Assembly (NCBI GenBank): GCA_963710685.1 | Contig: CAVQBH010000011.1 | Coordinates: forward strand, 11,258-75,257 | Origin: an uncultured Methanomassiliicoccales archaeon | GTDB lineage: Archaea > Thermoplasmatota > Thermoplasmata > Methanomassiliicoccales > UBA472 | DNA: 64,000 nucleotides | Reading direction: 5' to 3' | In this document: in pieces, positions 47,499 to 56,755 of the stretch | How positions within the stretch are numbered: the first letter of the stretch is position 1 | How the letters are laid out: each line of letters starts with the position of its first letter | Notes under the pieces: model-generated | The model's input: only the letters and a program-made list of their open reading frames with translations | Told to the model about the DNA's origin: nothing | Database searches by the model: none | Position numbers and translations under genes: made by a program

Positions 47499-48812
47499 GT
47501 GCCAGATTACAAGGTCATCCATGACAGCGTCCATGGCAGCGTCAAGCTGAGCGGCGTCTACCTGGACCTGCTCCAAAGGGCCGAGGTCCAGCGCCTGCAC
47601 GGCGTGCACCAGCTCGGACTGGCTTACCTTGTCTTCCCCGGGGCGCACCACACCCGCATGGAGCATTCCCTCGGCACCTACCAGATCGCCACCCGAATGG
47701 CAACGGCGCTGGAGATCCCGGAACAGGAAAGGAGGTGCGTTCTGGCGGCGGCGCTGCTCCACGACATCGGCCATGCCCCCTATTCGCACACACTGGAATG
47801 TGTACTGGAAGAGCGGACCGGGATGACCCACACGGACATCGGAAGGGCGCTCATCAAGGGCGATCTCAAGACCATCGATCCGAAGGAGGGGGAGATCATC
47901 GGATACCGGGGGACGATCGCCGAGCTGCTTGAGTCGGAAGGCATCTCCGCCGACCTGGTGACCGACCTCATCGTCTCGCCCCGGGGGCCGGACCTCAGCG
48001 GCCAGAAGAAGCTCCCGCTGGAAGGGGTCCAGGCATATTTCAACGAGAATAATTACCTGAGGCAGGTCATCCACGGCCCGGTGGACGCGGACCAGATGGA
48101 CTACCTGCTGCGGGACGCGTACTACACCGGCGTGGCCCATGGGACCATCGACATCGACCGCATCATGGACACCATCGAGCTGCACCACGGGGACATCGCA
48201 GTGCGCAAGAGCGGGGTGGTGGCGATCGAGGGTCTGATGGTGGCCCGGGCGCTCATGTACACCTCGGTCTACTTCCACCACACCGTGCGCATCGCGGAGA
48301 TGATGCTGTGCAAGGCGGTGGAGAACGCCAGCGAAGGCGTGATCGAGGACATCCAGATACAGACCGACGCGAGCCTGTCGGAGCGCCTGCTCCAGGACGG
48401 GGGCAACGCCGGCCGGATCATGACCCTGCTGAAGTACCGGCGGCTGTACAAGCGGGCCTACTCGATGCTCATCTCCGACCTGGACCCGGAGCAGCTGGAC
48501 TCACTGCTTCCGCTGACCTCCTATGACAAGCGCAAGGAGGTCGAACGGGAGATCGCGGGGAGGGCGGAGGTGGACGAATCGGACGTCATCCTCGACATGC
48601 CGGAGCGGGAGCTGCTGATCACCGAACCACGCATCGGCAAGACCGAGGTGCCGATCATCAACGGCGACCGGGTCAGGCCGCTGTCCAAGTACAGCCCCCT
48701 GGCCAAGGCCATTCAGACCCGCAGCGTGAACGACTGGGCGGTCATGGTGTCTACCCCGGCGGCGAGCCGGGATAAGGTCCAGAGGGCGGCCGAAAAAGTG
48801 CTTTTCTCCTGA
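47499..48812 (+). CDS. HD-domain phosphohydrolase (SAMHD1/dGTPase-like, COG1078-type)
   Basis: GTG start. KVIHDSVHGSVKL...LLQRAEVQRLHGVHQLGLAYLVFPGAHHTRMEHSLGTYQIA...ALLHDIGHAPYSH carries the H..HD metal motifs. Confidence 0.8.
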   Translation: MPDYKVIHDSVHGSVKLSGVYLDLLQRAEVQRLHGVHQLGLAYLVFPGAHHTRMEHSLGTYQIATRMATALEIPEQERRCVLAAALLHDIGHAPYSHTLECVLEERTGMTHTDIGRALIKGDLKTIDPKEGEIIGYRGTIAELLESEGISADLVTDLIVSPRGPDLSGQKKLPLEGVQAYFNENNYLRQVIHGPVDADQMDYLLRDAYYTGVAHGTIDIDRIMDTIELHHGDIAVRKSGVVAIEGLMVARALMYTSVYFHHTVRIAEMMLCKAVENASEGVIEDIQIQTDASLSERLLQDGGNAGRIMTLLKYRRLYKRAYSMLISDLDPEQLDSLLPLTSYDKRKEVEREIAGRAEVDESDVILDMPERELLITEPRIGKTEVPIINGDRVRPLSKYSPLAKAIQTRSVNDWAVMVSTPAASRDKVQRAAEKVLFS

Positions 48813-48911
48813 ACCATCGTATTCCGGAACAGGTCTGGCATGGCCTAACCGTCAGTCCTGATATTCGGGTCGAAAAACGCTTCAAATCGGCCGCCCAATA
48901 TCGATGCTACG

Positions 48912-50177
48912 ATGAGCGACCTGCTGTTCCTGTCCCTTTCCACGATCGTATCCGTCACCGCCCTGGCGATGGGTGGGTACGTCCTATTCCGAAACCCGCA
49001 CCTGGGGGTGTCGAGGTCCTTCTTCGTGGTCATGGCGCTCCTCTCCTGCTCCTCGCTGCTGGACTATATGTTCCTGACCGCGCCGTCGATGGAGGCGGCC
49101 ACCCTCCTGGTCCGGCTCCTGATCTTCTGTCTGGTGTGCCTGTTCGGCGGTTTCCTGTACCTGGCCACCTTCTTTTCGCTGCAGAGCGATGGTGCCGTGT
49201 TCACCCGTAACTGGGTCAGATACGCGCTGCTGGTCGTCTCCTCCGGAGCGGTCTCGGCGCTGTTGTTCGCCAAGGTGCGGATGGGCGACTACGGTTGGTT
49301 CGTCCCCAACTCCCCGGAGATGCTGGGGGTCGGGGCGGTCATGCTCGTCTATCTGGGCTATGCGCTCCACCTGCTGAGCGCCGCCCACCGCGCCAGCCGT
49401 GACCCGGCGTTCGGCAGGGTGGCGGCCTATCTCACCCTGGCGATGGCGGTGCCCTTCTCCTATCCGCTGATGATATCGCTCCTGGAACTGCTGGGAATAT
49501 CCTTCCCCCCGCCCATGGCCCCGGCCAACCTGATCACCTCCGCGGTGTTCTTCCATGCCATAATCCGGGAGCGGCTCTTCGATATCCGACCCTCCGACGA
49601 CTTCTCCCGGGTCAGTTTCAAACCGCTGACCACGAAGCTCGAGAACCGTCGTTCCTACGCGGTCGAAGAAAAGGGCACGGCCGCCTCGTTCCGGGTGTTC
49701 GCCTCGGAGCTCAACGCCGGGCGGAAGGGGCTGATCATCTCCCGGACCCATCCGGAACAGATCCGCGAGGAGTTCGGGCTCCGGAACACCCCGATAATCT
49801 GGCTGGCCCACCGCCCGGGCAAGGAGGCGCTGTCGCCCTCGAACCTGCCTCTGCTGGAACGCACCGTCATGCGCTTCATGAGGGACGGCCGGAACACGGT
49901 GGTGATGGTCGACGGACTGGACAAGCTGATCCTGGAGACCTCGAGCGAGAGGGCCATGAGGTTCCTGTTCGCCCTCGAGGACGAGGCGCTGGTCCGGGGC
50001 TCCCGGCTCATCCTTTCATTCGACCCGAACGGGCTGTCCGAGCGCGACCTCGCTCTCATCATGCGCGACATGGTGGTGCTGGACCACGCCGGTCTGGCGG
50101 TGGTCAACCGGTTCGAGGAAGGGGCGGCCCTGTCCGACATCGTGGGGATCAGCCTTTCATCACGCCAATGGGCGTGA
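48912..50177 (+). CDS. 7TM sensor-like membrane domain fused to DUF835
   Basis: Seven hydrophobic helices are followed by RSYAVEEKGTAASFRVFASELNAGRKGLIISRTHPEQIREEFGLRNTPIIWLA...VVMVDGLDKLILETS...LILSFDPNGLSERDLALI (DUF835 pattern). The 3' end overlaps convergent rtcB by 29 nt. Confidence 0.75.
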   Translation: MSDLLFLSLSTIVSVTALAMGGYVLFRNPHLGVSRSFFVVMALLSCSSLLDYMFLTAPSMEAATLLVRLLIFCLVCLFGGFLYLATFFSLQSDGAVFTRNWVRYALLVVSSGAVSALLFAKVRMGDYGWFVPNSPEMLGVGAVMLVYLGYALHLLSAAHRASRDPAFGRVAAYLTLAMAVPFSYPLMISLLELLGISFPPPMAPANLITSAVFFHAIIRERLFDIRPSDDFSRVSFKPLTTKLENRRSYAVEEKGTAASFRVFASELNAGRKGLIISRTHPEQIREEFGLRNTPIIWLAHRPGKEALSPSNLPLLERTVMRFMRDGRNTVVMVDGLDKLILETSSERAMRFLFALEDEALVRGSRLILSFDPNGLSERDLALIMRDMVVLDHAGLAVVNRFEEGAALSDIVGISLSSRQWA

Positions 50178-51603
50178 GCTTGACCACCGGCCGGGAGAGC
50201 CCGGCCCCGCTCACCACGGCGATGACGTCGTCGATGTCCTTGTAGGCGCCTGGCGCTTCCTCGATGATGCCGTCCTTGGTGCTCGCCTTGAGGTAGATGC
50301 CCTTTGATTCCAGCTGCTGCTTCACCGTGGAGGCGTTGTAGGTGCTTATGGCGGTGGCCCTGGACATCATCCGACCAGCCCCGTGGCAGGTCGATCCGAA
50401 CGATTCCTTCATGCCCCGGTCCGTTCCCACCAGCACGTACGTTCCCGCGCCCATGTCGCCGGGGATGATGACCGGGTGCCCGACCGACCGGTACTTGGAC
50501 GGTACCTCCGGATGTCCGGCCGGAAATGCCCGGGTGGCACCTTTCCGGTGCACGTAGACCTTCCTCCGCCTGCCTTCCACTTCATGCTCCTCCAGCTTGG
50601 CGATGTTGTGCGCCACGTCGTATACGTGCCGCATCTCCATGTCCTCCGCCTTGCGGTGGAAGACGGATTCGAACGACTGCCGCACCCAATGCATGATCAT
50701 CTGCCGGTTCGCCCAGGCGTAGTTGGCGCCGGCGCTCATGCCGTTGAAATAGTCCTGCCCGTCGGTGGAATTCACCGGGGCGCAGGCCAGCTGGCGGTCC
50801 GGCAGGTTCAGGTTCATGGACTTCAGCGAGCGCTCCATGACCTGCAGGTAGTCGGTGGCGATCTGATGCCCGCATCCGCGCGAGCCGCAATGGATGGTGA
50901 CGGTGATCTGGCCCTCGTGCGTCAGGCCGAACGCCTTGGCCGCCACCGGGTCGAAGATCTGGTCGACCTTGTCGATCTCCAGGAAGTGGTTCCCGGAACC
51001 GAGCGAACCGACCTGGGGGATGCCCCTCTGCTTGGCCTTCTGGGACACCTTGGCCGGGTCGGCGTTCTTCAGCCTCCCCCCCTCCTCCGTGGTCTCCAGG
51101 TCCTCCTGCCAGCCGAAGCCCTTCCGGACCGCCCATTCGGCCCCCTCGGTGAGGATCACATCGATCTCGGAGGCCGCCACATCGACGACCCCTTCGGACC
51201 CCACCCCGGACGGGACGTTCTTGAACAGCGTCCCGATCAGGTCCTTGATCCTGGGCTCGACGTCCTTGACGTCCAGGTTGGTGCTCAGGAGCCTTACCCC
51301 GCAGTTGATGTCGAAGCCGATGCCTCCGGGCGATATCACTCCCTCCTCGGAGTCCATGGCCGCCACGCCGCCGATGGGGAAACCGTATCCCCAGTGAATG
51401 TCGGGCATGGCCAGGGACCTGCCGACGATGCCCGGCAGGCAGGCCACGTTGGCCGCTTGTTCCGGCGAGTTGTCGCTCAGGACGTGCTCGATCATCTTGT
51501 CATTGGAATAGATAACGGCGCTGGTGCGCATTCCCGGTTTGTAGTCCTGGGGTATCTCCCAGCGGAAATCGTCGATCTTGTTGATGGTGCCCTTCCAAGC
51601 CAT
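50149..51603 (-). CDS. rtcB: RNA-splicing ligase RtcB (3'-phosphate/5'-hydroxyl RNA ligase)
   Basis: 484 aa. MPDIHWGYGFPIGGVAAMD, GIGFDINCGVR, GSGNHFLEI, HCGSRGCGHQ and GSTCHGAGR are all canonical RtcB metal/GTP motifs. No intein is present. Confidence 0.95.
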   Translation of the reverse strand: MAWKGTINKIDDFRWEIPQDYKPGMRTSAVIYSNDKMIEHVLSDNSPEQAANVACLPGIVGRSLAMPDIHWGYGFPIGGVAAMDSEEGVISPGGIGFDINCGVRLLSTNLDVKDVEPRIKDLIGTLFKNVPSGVGSEGVVDVAASEIDVILTEGAEWAVRKGFGWQEDLETTEEGGRLKNADPAKVSQKAKQRGIPQVGSLGSGNHFLEIDKVDQIFDPVAAKAFGLTHEGQITVTIHCGSRGCGHQIATDYLQVMERSLKSMNLNLPDRQLACAPVNSTDGQDYFNGMSAGANYAWANRQMIMHWVRQSFESVFHRKAEDMEMRHVYDVAHNIAKLEEHEVEGRRRKVYVHRKGATRAFPAGHPEVPSKYRSVGHPVIIPGDMGAGTYVLVGTDRGMKESFGSTCHGAGRMMSRATAISTYNASTVKQQLESKGIYLKASTKDGIIEEAPGAYKDIDDVIAVVSGAGLSRPVVKLTPIGVMKG

Positions 51604-51683
51604 ATTTCACAACAGAGCACGTACATGGCGCGGGTTAGATAAAGTTTTCAAATACACCACCGAAGAAAGGATAATTAGCGGAT

Positions 51684-52901
51684 ATGGGCATCGGGATGGG
51701 AGCAAAGGCCCCGATGATTCAGAATCTTGAATGGTATTCGGTCTTCCCCCTGTTCTCGGGGATGATGGCATTGGTGTTGGGCATTGCGGTCTTCCGGCGG
51801 AACCGCCAAATCGCCCTATCCAACGGATTCCTGGTCCTCATGCTGGTCTTCCTCGCCGCCGGCATCCTGGATTTCCTGATGATCAACGCCTCGGACGGGA
51901 CCGCCGCCCTCCTTTTCGCCCGCGGCCTGGTCCTGACCGTGGTCCTTATCTTTGCCGGTTTCCTCTATCTGTCCACCAATCTGGCCTTCATTCCGCTGAG
52001 CGATTGGCTGGCGAAGAACCGGGTCCTCTACTCCCTGTTATCGGTCCTGCTCGGCCTGGTGGTGGCCTACAACCTCAGCGGCCTGGAGCTCGGCAGGTAC
52101 GGCTACGGACTGCCGGTTTCGCTGGGTTCCCTGACGACCCTGATCGTGGTCGCGGGGTTCACCGCCGCCACCCTCTCGTTGCTCGTCCGGCGCTGGAACC
52201 AGTCCGACGACGAGCTGGTGCGGAGCGAGTGCCTGCTGCTTTCGCTGGCGGTCCTGGCGCCCTACGCCTGGGGGCTGCTGGTCTTCGGCCTGAACCTGTA
52301 TTATCTGAACGTTCCGAGCGAGCTTTCCCCCGGGTTCTTCGCCTCCATCGTGATCCTCGGATTCTCGATCTACCGCCATCGCCTTTTCACGGTGACGCCG
52401 ATGTCGGAGGACCGGGCCGGCATCTCCGGGGAAGACCGGAAGGGGGTGCTGCCAGCGGGCAGTTATCTGCTGTTCGAGGAGACCAGGGCCGACGGCCTGT
52501 ACGAGGCGCTCCTGTCCCAGATATCCAGCGGGGCGGAGGGCCTGATCGTCACCCGCACCTATCCGGATGACCTGCGGGAGAAGTACGGGCTCAAACGGAC
52601 CCCGGTCATCTGGCTCTCCTCCCAGCCGGGCCAGGATTGGGTCGACCCCACGAACCTGTCGATCCTGGAGCACACCATCATCGAGTTCCTCAAGGCGGGG
52701 CACGAAACGGTGGTGGCCATCGACGGGCTGGAATACCTCATATCGAACAACGGTCCGGGCAAGGTGCTGCGCCTGCTCTATGGTCTCAGGGACGAGATAC
52801 TGATCGGCCAATCCCGAATGCTGGTGACATTGGATCCGGATGTTCTCGACGTCAAGGACCTGGCGTTCTTCGAAAGGGACTTCCAGGTGATAAGGAAATG
52901 A
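51684..52901 (+). CDS. 7TM sensor-like membrane domain fused to DUF835 (paralog of 48912..50177)
   Basis: Same architecture as its paralog. The C-terminus reads GSYLLFEETRADGLYEALLSQISSGAEGLIVTRTYPDDLREKYGLKRTPVIWLSS...VVAIDGLEYLISNNG...LVTLDPDVLDVKDLAFFE. Confidence 0.75.
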   Translation: MGIGMGAKAPMIQNLEWYSVFPLFSGMMALVLGIAVFRRNRQIALSNGFLVLMLVFLAAGILDFLMINASDGTAALLFARGLVLTVVLIFAGFLYLSTNLAFIPLSDWLAKNRVLYSLLSVLLGLVVAYNLSGLELGRYGYGLPVSLGSLTTLIVVAGFTAATLSLLVRRWNQSDDELVRSECLLLSLAVLAPYAWGLLVFGLNLYYLNVPSELSPGFFASIVILGFSIYRHRLFTVTPMSEDRAGISGEDRKGVLPAGSYLLFEETRADGLYEALLSQISSGAEGLIVTRTYPDDLREKYGLKRTPVIWLSSQPGQDWVDPTNLSILEHTIIEFLKAGHETVVAIDGLEYLISNNGPGKVLRLLYGLRDEILIGQSRMLVTLDPDVLDVKDLAFFERDFQVIRK

Positions 52902-53004
52902 TAAGAAGGGCCGCGTCCGTGATTTGAACACGGGTCAAAGGATCCACAGTCCCACAGGATGCCAGGCTACCCCAACGCGGCCATGCTGGAAGTTGTGGAA
53001 CGCG

Positions 53005-53019
53005 TTTTAATTAATAAAT
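53005..53019 (+). promoter_or_regulatory. TATA-like box (ttttaattaataaat) upstream of the candidate ncRNA
   Basis: An isolated AT box in GC-rich context, about 25 nt upstream of the start of a GC-rich non-coding block. Confidence 0.4.
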
Positions 53020-53039
53020 GTTGCGTGTCTCGTTCATAA

Positions 53040-53272
53040 TGGTGGTCGGCATAGGAAATCGCATTCTTGGTTCGGATCCCTTGCCTAGCCCAACCGCCAT
53101 TTTCCACGATCCGACGCCTAGCTCCACGATCGGCTGGCCGGCCTCTTGACCGGGGGTTCGTTGTTCGGCATCATCTCGTCTCCGCCCGAACGGTCCATGC
53201 CCGGACCGGGTGGTGTCTTTCATCGGCATCGGTCCAGGACCGCCTGTCCGGGTTCGTCCGAAACCCCTTTTT
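53040..53272 (+). ncRNA. candidate structured non-coding RNA (unknown family)
   Basis: A GC-rich block of about 230 nt with no protein-like frame on either strand. It has a TATA-like box upstream and local helices (aatggtggtcgg 53039-53050 pairs with ccaaccgccatt 53090-53101; gttcgg 53163-53168 with ccgaac 53185-53190). It ends in the hairpin gggtt-cgtccga-aaccc (53050-53066 in the 532xx row, i.e. 53250-53266) followed by TTTTT-ata-TTTTT at 53268-53280. Confidence 0.3.
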
Positions 53273-53347
53273 ATATTTTTGTTCATTCTTCCGGATATTT
53301 ATGCTACCGAGCGAACCGTTTAATAAAGCCATCGGAATCCTGAGACG

Positions 53348-54187
53348 ATGCGGGACAAGGCTGTGGTGGTGGTCCCATTCATTCTCATCATGCTAGCGGA
53401 GGCGTTCTTCTACGTCAAGGATACCTCCAATACCCTCACCCTGCACCTTCTGAACATCTTCGTCTGCGTGCTGCTGGCTATCTTCGTCGAGCGCTACTCG
53501 GACGTTTTCCAGGCGTTCATGCTGATCTCATTGCTCCGGGTCCTGAACATCGGGATGCCGATATTCTTCAACATGACCCTTTACTGGATGCCGTTCGTGT
53601 ACGGCACCATCATCCTCTCGGCGTACATCCTGTGGAGGCTGACCTTCGATACCATCCTCTCGAACGAGGGGGGAATGAGGCATCCGAAGGAGTTTCTGTC
53701 GGTCTATCTCCACCGTGGCTGGGAGTTCCTGAACCGGGGCACCATGGAGCAGAAGTCCCAGTGGAACTGGCTCTATCTGCCGGCCGCGATCGTCATCGGG
53801 CTGGTCATGGCGAACACGGAGTACCTCGTGCTCGGACCGAACCCCCTGATCCCGGACCTGGGCTGGTTCAACCTGACCCTATTGCTGGTGGTCATGGTGG
53901 TGTTCGTCGGCTTCGGCGAGGAGCTGATCTTCAGAGGATTCCTTCAGGCCCGGGTGGAACGCCACTGGGGGTCCAAGGCGGCACTGTTCGTCTCCGCCTT
54001 TGTCTTCGCCCTCATGCACTCCGGTTACTCGAGCGTGCCTTATCTGTTCTACGTGTTCTTCGTCGGACTGGTGCTGGCGATATTGTTCTGGAAGACCAGG
54101 AGCCTGCTGTTCGTGGCGCTCATCCACGGGTTCATCAACTTCTTCCTGTTCTCGTTCCTGCCCTACGGATGGGCATTGAAGTTCTGA
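53348..54187 (+). CDS. CPBP family intramembrane glutamic endopeptidase (CAAX protease/Abi-like)
   Basis: Polytopic membrane protein with motif 1 GFGEELIFRGFLQ, motif 2 FVFALMHS and motif 3 ALIHGFINF. A TATA-like tttaataaag lies at 53319-53328. Confidence 0.85.
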   Translation: MRDKAVVVVPFILIMLAEAFFYVKDTSNTLTLHLLNIFVCVLLAIFVERYSDVFQAFMLISLLRVLNIGMPIFFNMTLYWMPFVYGTIILSAYILWRLTFDTILSNEGGMRHPKEFLSVYLHRGWEFLNRGTMEQKSQWNWLYLPAAIVIGLVMANTEYLVLGPNPLIPDLGWFNLTLLLVVMVVFVGFGEELIFRGFLQARVERHWGSKAALFVSAFVFALMHSGYSSVPYLFYVFFVGLVLAILFWKTRSLLFVALIHGFINFFLFSFLPYGWALKF

Positions 54188-54344
54188 AGCGCCGGGCCAA
54201 CGGCCGGAAGGATCGCAGAGTAGTAGCCGAAACGACACAATGGAAGATAACTGTCTCCCTGGTGTCAGTTATTATAATAATTTCCTGCCAATGACACTAC
54301 TCCTTGGCCATACCTAGGGCCATGATGATTCGAAGGTATTACAA

Positions 54345-55274
54345 ATGGTGGTCAAGAAACGCGACGTCATCTCGATGCTGGACCTCAAGGACGATCTGGA
54401 TGACGTCCTTGAATTGGCAGCGCAGCTCAAGAAAGGGAAGTATCACAACGCCGATCCGCTCAAGAACAGGTCAATGGCGATGATATTCGAGAAGGCGAGC
54501 ACGCGCACCAGGGTCTCGTTCGAGGCGGGCATGGCCCAGCTCGGAGGGCATGCCATCTTCCTCAGCCCCAAGGACATGCAGCTCGGCCGGGGCGAGACCG
54601 TGGCGGACACCGCCAAGGTGCTGAGCCGTTATGTCGACGTGATCATGTACCGGGCCTTCAAGCACGGTATCATGCTGGAGCTGGCCCAGAACTCCACCGT
54701 TCCGGTGATCAACGCCCTGGACGACCTGGAGCATCCGTGCCAGATATGCGCCGACCTGCAGACCATCCAGGAGAAGAAGGGCCAACTGGCCGGCCTCAAG
54801 CTCACCTATGTCGGGGACGGGAACAACGTCTGCAACTCGCTCATGCTCGGCGCGGCGATGACCGGCATGGATTTCGTGGCGGCCTGTCCGAACGGTTACC
54901 AGCCGAACATCGAGCTGACCCGGAAGGCGAAGGAGATCGCCCAGGCCAAGGGGTGCAAGATATCGGTGATGGAGGACCTCAAGGTCGCGGTGAAGGGGGC
55001 CGATGTGCTGTACACCGATGTCTGGGTCTCGATGGGCGAGGAGGACGAGGCGGCCCAGAGGGAGCGCGTTTTCAAGCCCTACCAGATCAACTCCGACATG
55101 CTGTCGCTGGCCAAGGACGATTCGATCGTGCTGCACTGCATGCCCGCCCACCGGGGCATGGAGATCAGCGCCGAGGTGTTCGACGGCGAACGTAGCGCCG
55201 TCTTCGATGAGGCGGAGAACCGCCTGCACGCCCAGAAGGCGATCATACTGACCCTGCTCGGTCAGCCCAACTGA
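54345..55274 (+). CDS. argF: ornithine carbamoyltransferase
   Basis: STRTRVSFE (carbamoyl-phosphate site), LEHPCQICADL, DVWVSMGEE (ornithine SMG loop), and HCMPAHRGMEI (HCLP-type). 309 aa. Confidence 0.9.
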   Translation: MVVKKRDVISMLDLKDDLDDVLELAAQLKKGKYHNADPLKNRSMAMIFEKASTRTRVSFEAGMAQLGGHAIFLSPKDMQLGRGETVADTAKVLSRYVDVIMYRAFKHGIMLELAQNSTVPVINALDDLEHPCQICADLQTIQEKKGQLAGLKLTYVGDGNNVCNSLMLGAAMTGMDFVAACPNGYQPNIELTRKAKEIAQAKGCKISVMEDLKVAVKGADVLYTDVWVSMGEEDEAAQRERVFKPYQINSDMLSLAKDDSIVLHCMPAHRGMEISAEVFDGERSAVFDEAENRLHAQKAIILTLLGQPN

Positions 55275-56755
55275 GCGGAGACGATTCGGTCGATCTCGGC
55301 CAGGAAATCCATCTCCCTGCCCGGCGGGATGGTCGCGCCGGCGGCGATGTTGTGCCCGCCCCCGGTGCCGCCCACCGACTCCGAGGCCCGGCGCATCGCC
55401 GAGGAAAGGTCCAGCCCCCTGTCCACCAGCTCCTTCGTTCCTCGGGCTGACGCTTTGGTCATCTCCACGTTGTTGTCGTCCACGCTCACCGCGAAGGCCA
55501 GCAGCGGGCGGTCGCTGGGGATGTCCCCGGAACCGAGCAGCATCCCGGCTACGATCCCGACCACCGTGTCCTCCACCGGCAGGCAGAAGGAACCGTCCGC
55601 GTTCCTCAGGAACTGGACCGAGCCAAGCACTATGCGGTCCTTGCCCTTGACCATCTCGATCGCACCCCGCAGGTTGTCCCGGTGGTTCTGCAGGTTGCGC
55701 AGGGCCTTCTGTTTCTCGCGCTTCAGGGCCGGCCCTTTGATGCAGACCTCCAGTCCGGTGGGTGCCTTCTCGTACCGGCCGCAGGAGTTGAGCAGGGTGG
55801 CGAACTCCTTGGCGTCGTGCATGACCGTGCGCGGTTCTTCCCGGATCAGAGAGTACACCTCCCCCGTCAGCCGGGAAGCCGACTCCGGTCCCTGTTCCGA
55901 TCCGGCCAGTATCTCCCGGAGGAGGCCGACGATGCGTTCCTTCTCCTCTGGCCTCAGGTCCGCCCAGCATCTCCAGCGGCCGTCCTCCTTGAGCGGGATG
56001 CCCTGCTCCCGAAGGAACTCGTAGCACATGTCCTCCTCGTTGGTGAGGCGCGGGAGCCGGGGGTCCGACGAATACTTCAGGAAGTTCACCAGGGGCCTGC
56101 TCTCCCGGCCGAAGTAGCGCACGTCGATCGCCGCCCGTACGCTGCCCACCGTCTCCGCGTCCTCCAGGATCCGGCGGTTCAGCCCGATGAGGCGGCACTC
56201 CGAGGAGTCCTGGAAATCACCCACGGCACCGACGATGGCCAGATGCGCCAGGCTCCGGTTCCGTCCGTCCATGGCCTTGGCGATCGAGTACGCCGCCCCG
56301 GCCCCGCTCATCTCCTTCGAGCCGTCGAACCCGAACAGGTGCGGGTTCAGGTGCCTGCCCGCCTCAGTGTCGAAATCGAGCAGGTTGACCTGCCCTTTTC
56401 TTTTCGGTTGCGGTCGTCCAGCCGGGTCCACCTCGTGATGGTCGGCGATGCACAGCCCGGGATGGTCGAGCTTGGAGGCGTAGCCGCTTCCCAGGTCCAC
56501 CAGCAGCACCCCGTCCGATGCGATCTTGTTGATGCGTTTGATCTCGTTCTCGTCGATCTTCTTGATGAAATTGTAGCTGACATCGATCCGCTGGTCCTGC
56601 AGCGCCTTGAACGCGATGGAGGTGGCCGTGATGCCGTCGGCGTCGATGTGCCCGACCACCGTGACCTTTTTGCAGGTGAGCAGGAAATCGGCTATCTCCT
56701 TGGCCTGGCGGTCGAATCCGGCCAGGTCCCTATGCTCCGCGTTCGTAGCCTGCAT
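55262..56755 (-). CDS. DHH/DHHA1 phosphoesterase, archaeal RecJ/GAN (Cdc45-like) nuclease
   Basis: VVGHIDADGITATSIA (DHH motifs I/II), LCIADHHEVD (DHH), and GGGHNIAAGATI (DHHA1 GGGH). It converges on argF with a 13-nt overlap. Confidence 0.8.
   Translation of the reverse strand: MQATNAEHRDLAGFDRQAKEIADFLLTCKKVTVVGHIDADGITATSIAFKALQDQRIDVSYNFIKKIDENEIKRINKIASDGVLLVDLGSGYASKLDHPGLCIADHHEVDPAGRPQPKRKGQVNLLDFDTEAGRHLNPHLFGFDGSKEMSGAGAAYSIAKAMDGRNRSLAHLAIVGAVGDFQDSSECRLIGLNRRILEDAETVGSVRAAIDVRYFGRESRPLVNFLKYSSDPRLPRLTNEEDMCYEFLREQGIPLKEDGRWRCWADLRPEEKERIVGLLREILAGSEQGPESASRLTGEVYSLIREEPRTVMHDAKEFATLLNSCGRYEKAPTGLEVCIKGPALKREKQKALRNLQNHRDNLRGAIEMVKGKDRIVLGSVQFLRNADGSFCLPVEDTVVGIVAGMLLGSGDIPSDRPLLAFAVSVDDNNVEMTKASARGTKELVDRGLDLSSAMRRASESVGGTGGGHNIAAGATIPPGREMDFLAEIDRIVSAQLG

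Noticed and set aside
54202-54219. ggccggaaggatcgcaga, resembling the SRP RNA helix-8 GGAA tetraloop region
   Set aside because: The spacer is only about 157 nt, which is too short for an archaeal SRP RNA. It also lacks Alu-domain motifs and complementary 5'/3' ends.
54471-56198. 575-aa ORF on the minus strand
   Set aside because: It runs antisense through argF and out of frame through the RecJ-like gene. It is Gly/Arg/Pro-rich nonsense, and both overlapped genes have canonical motifs.
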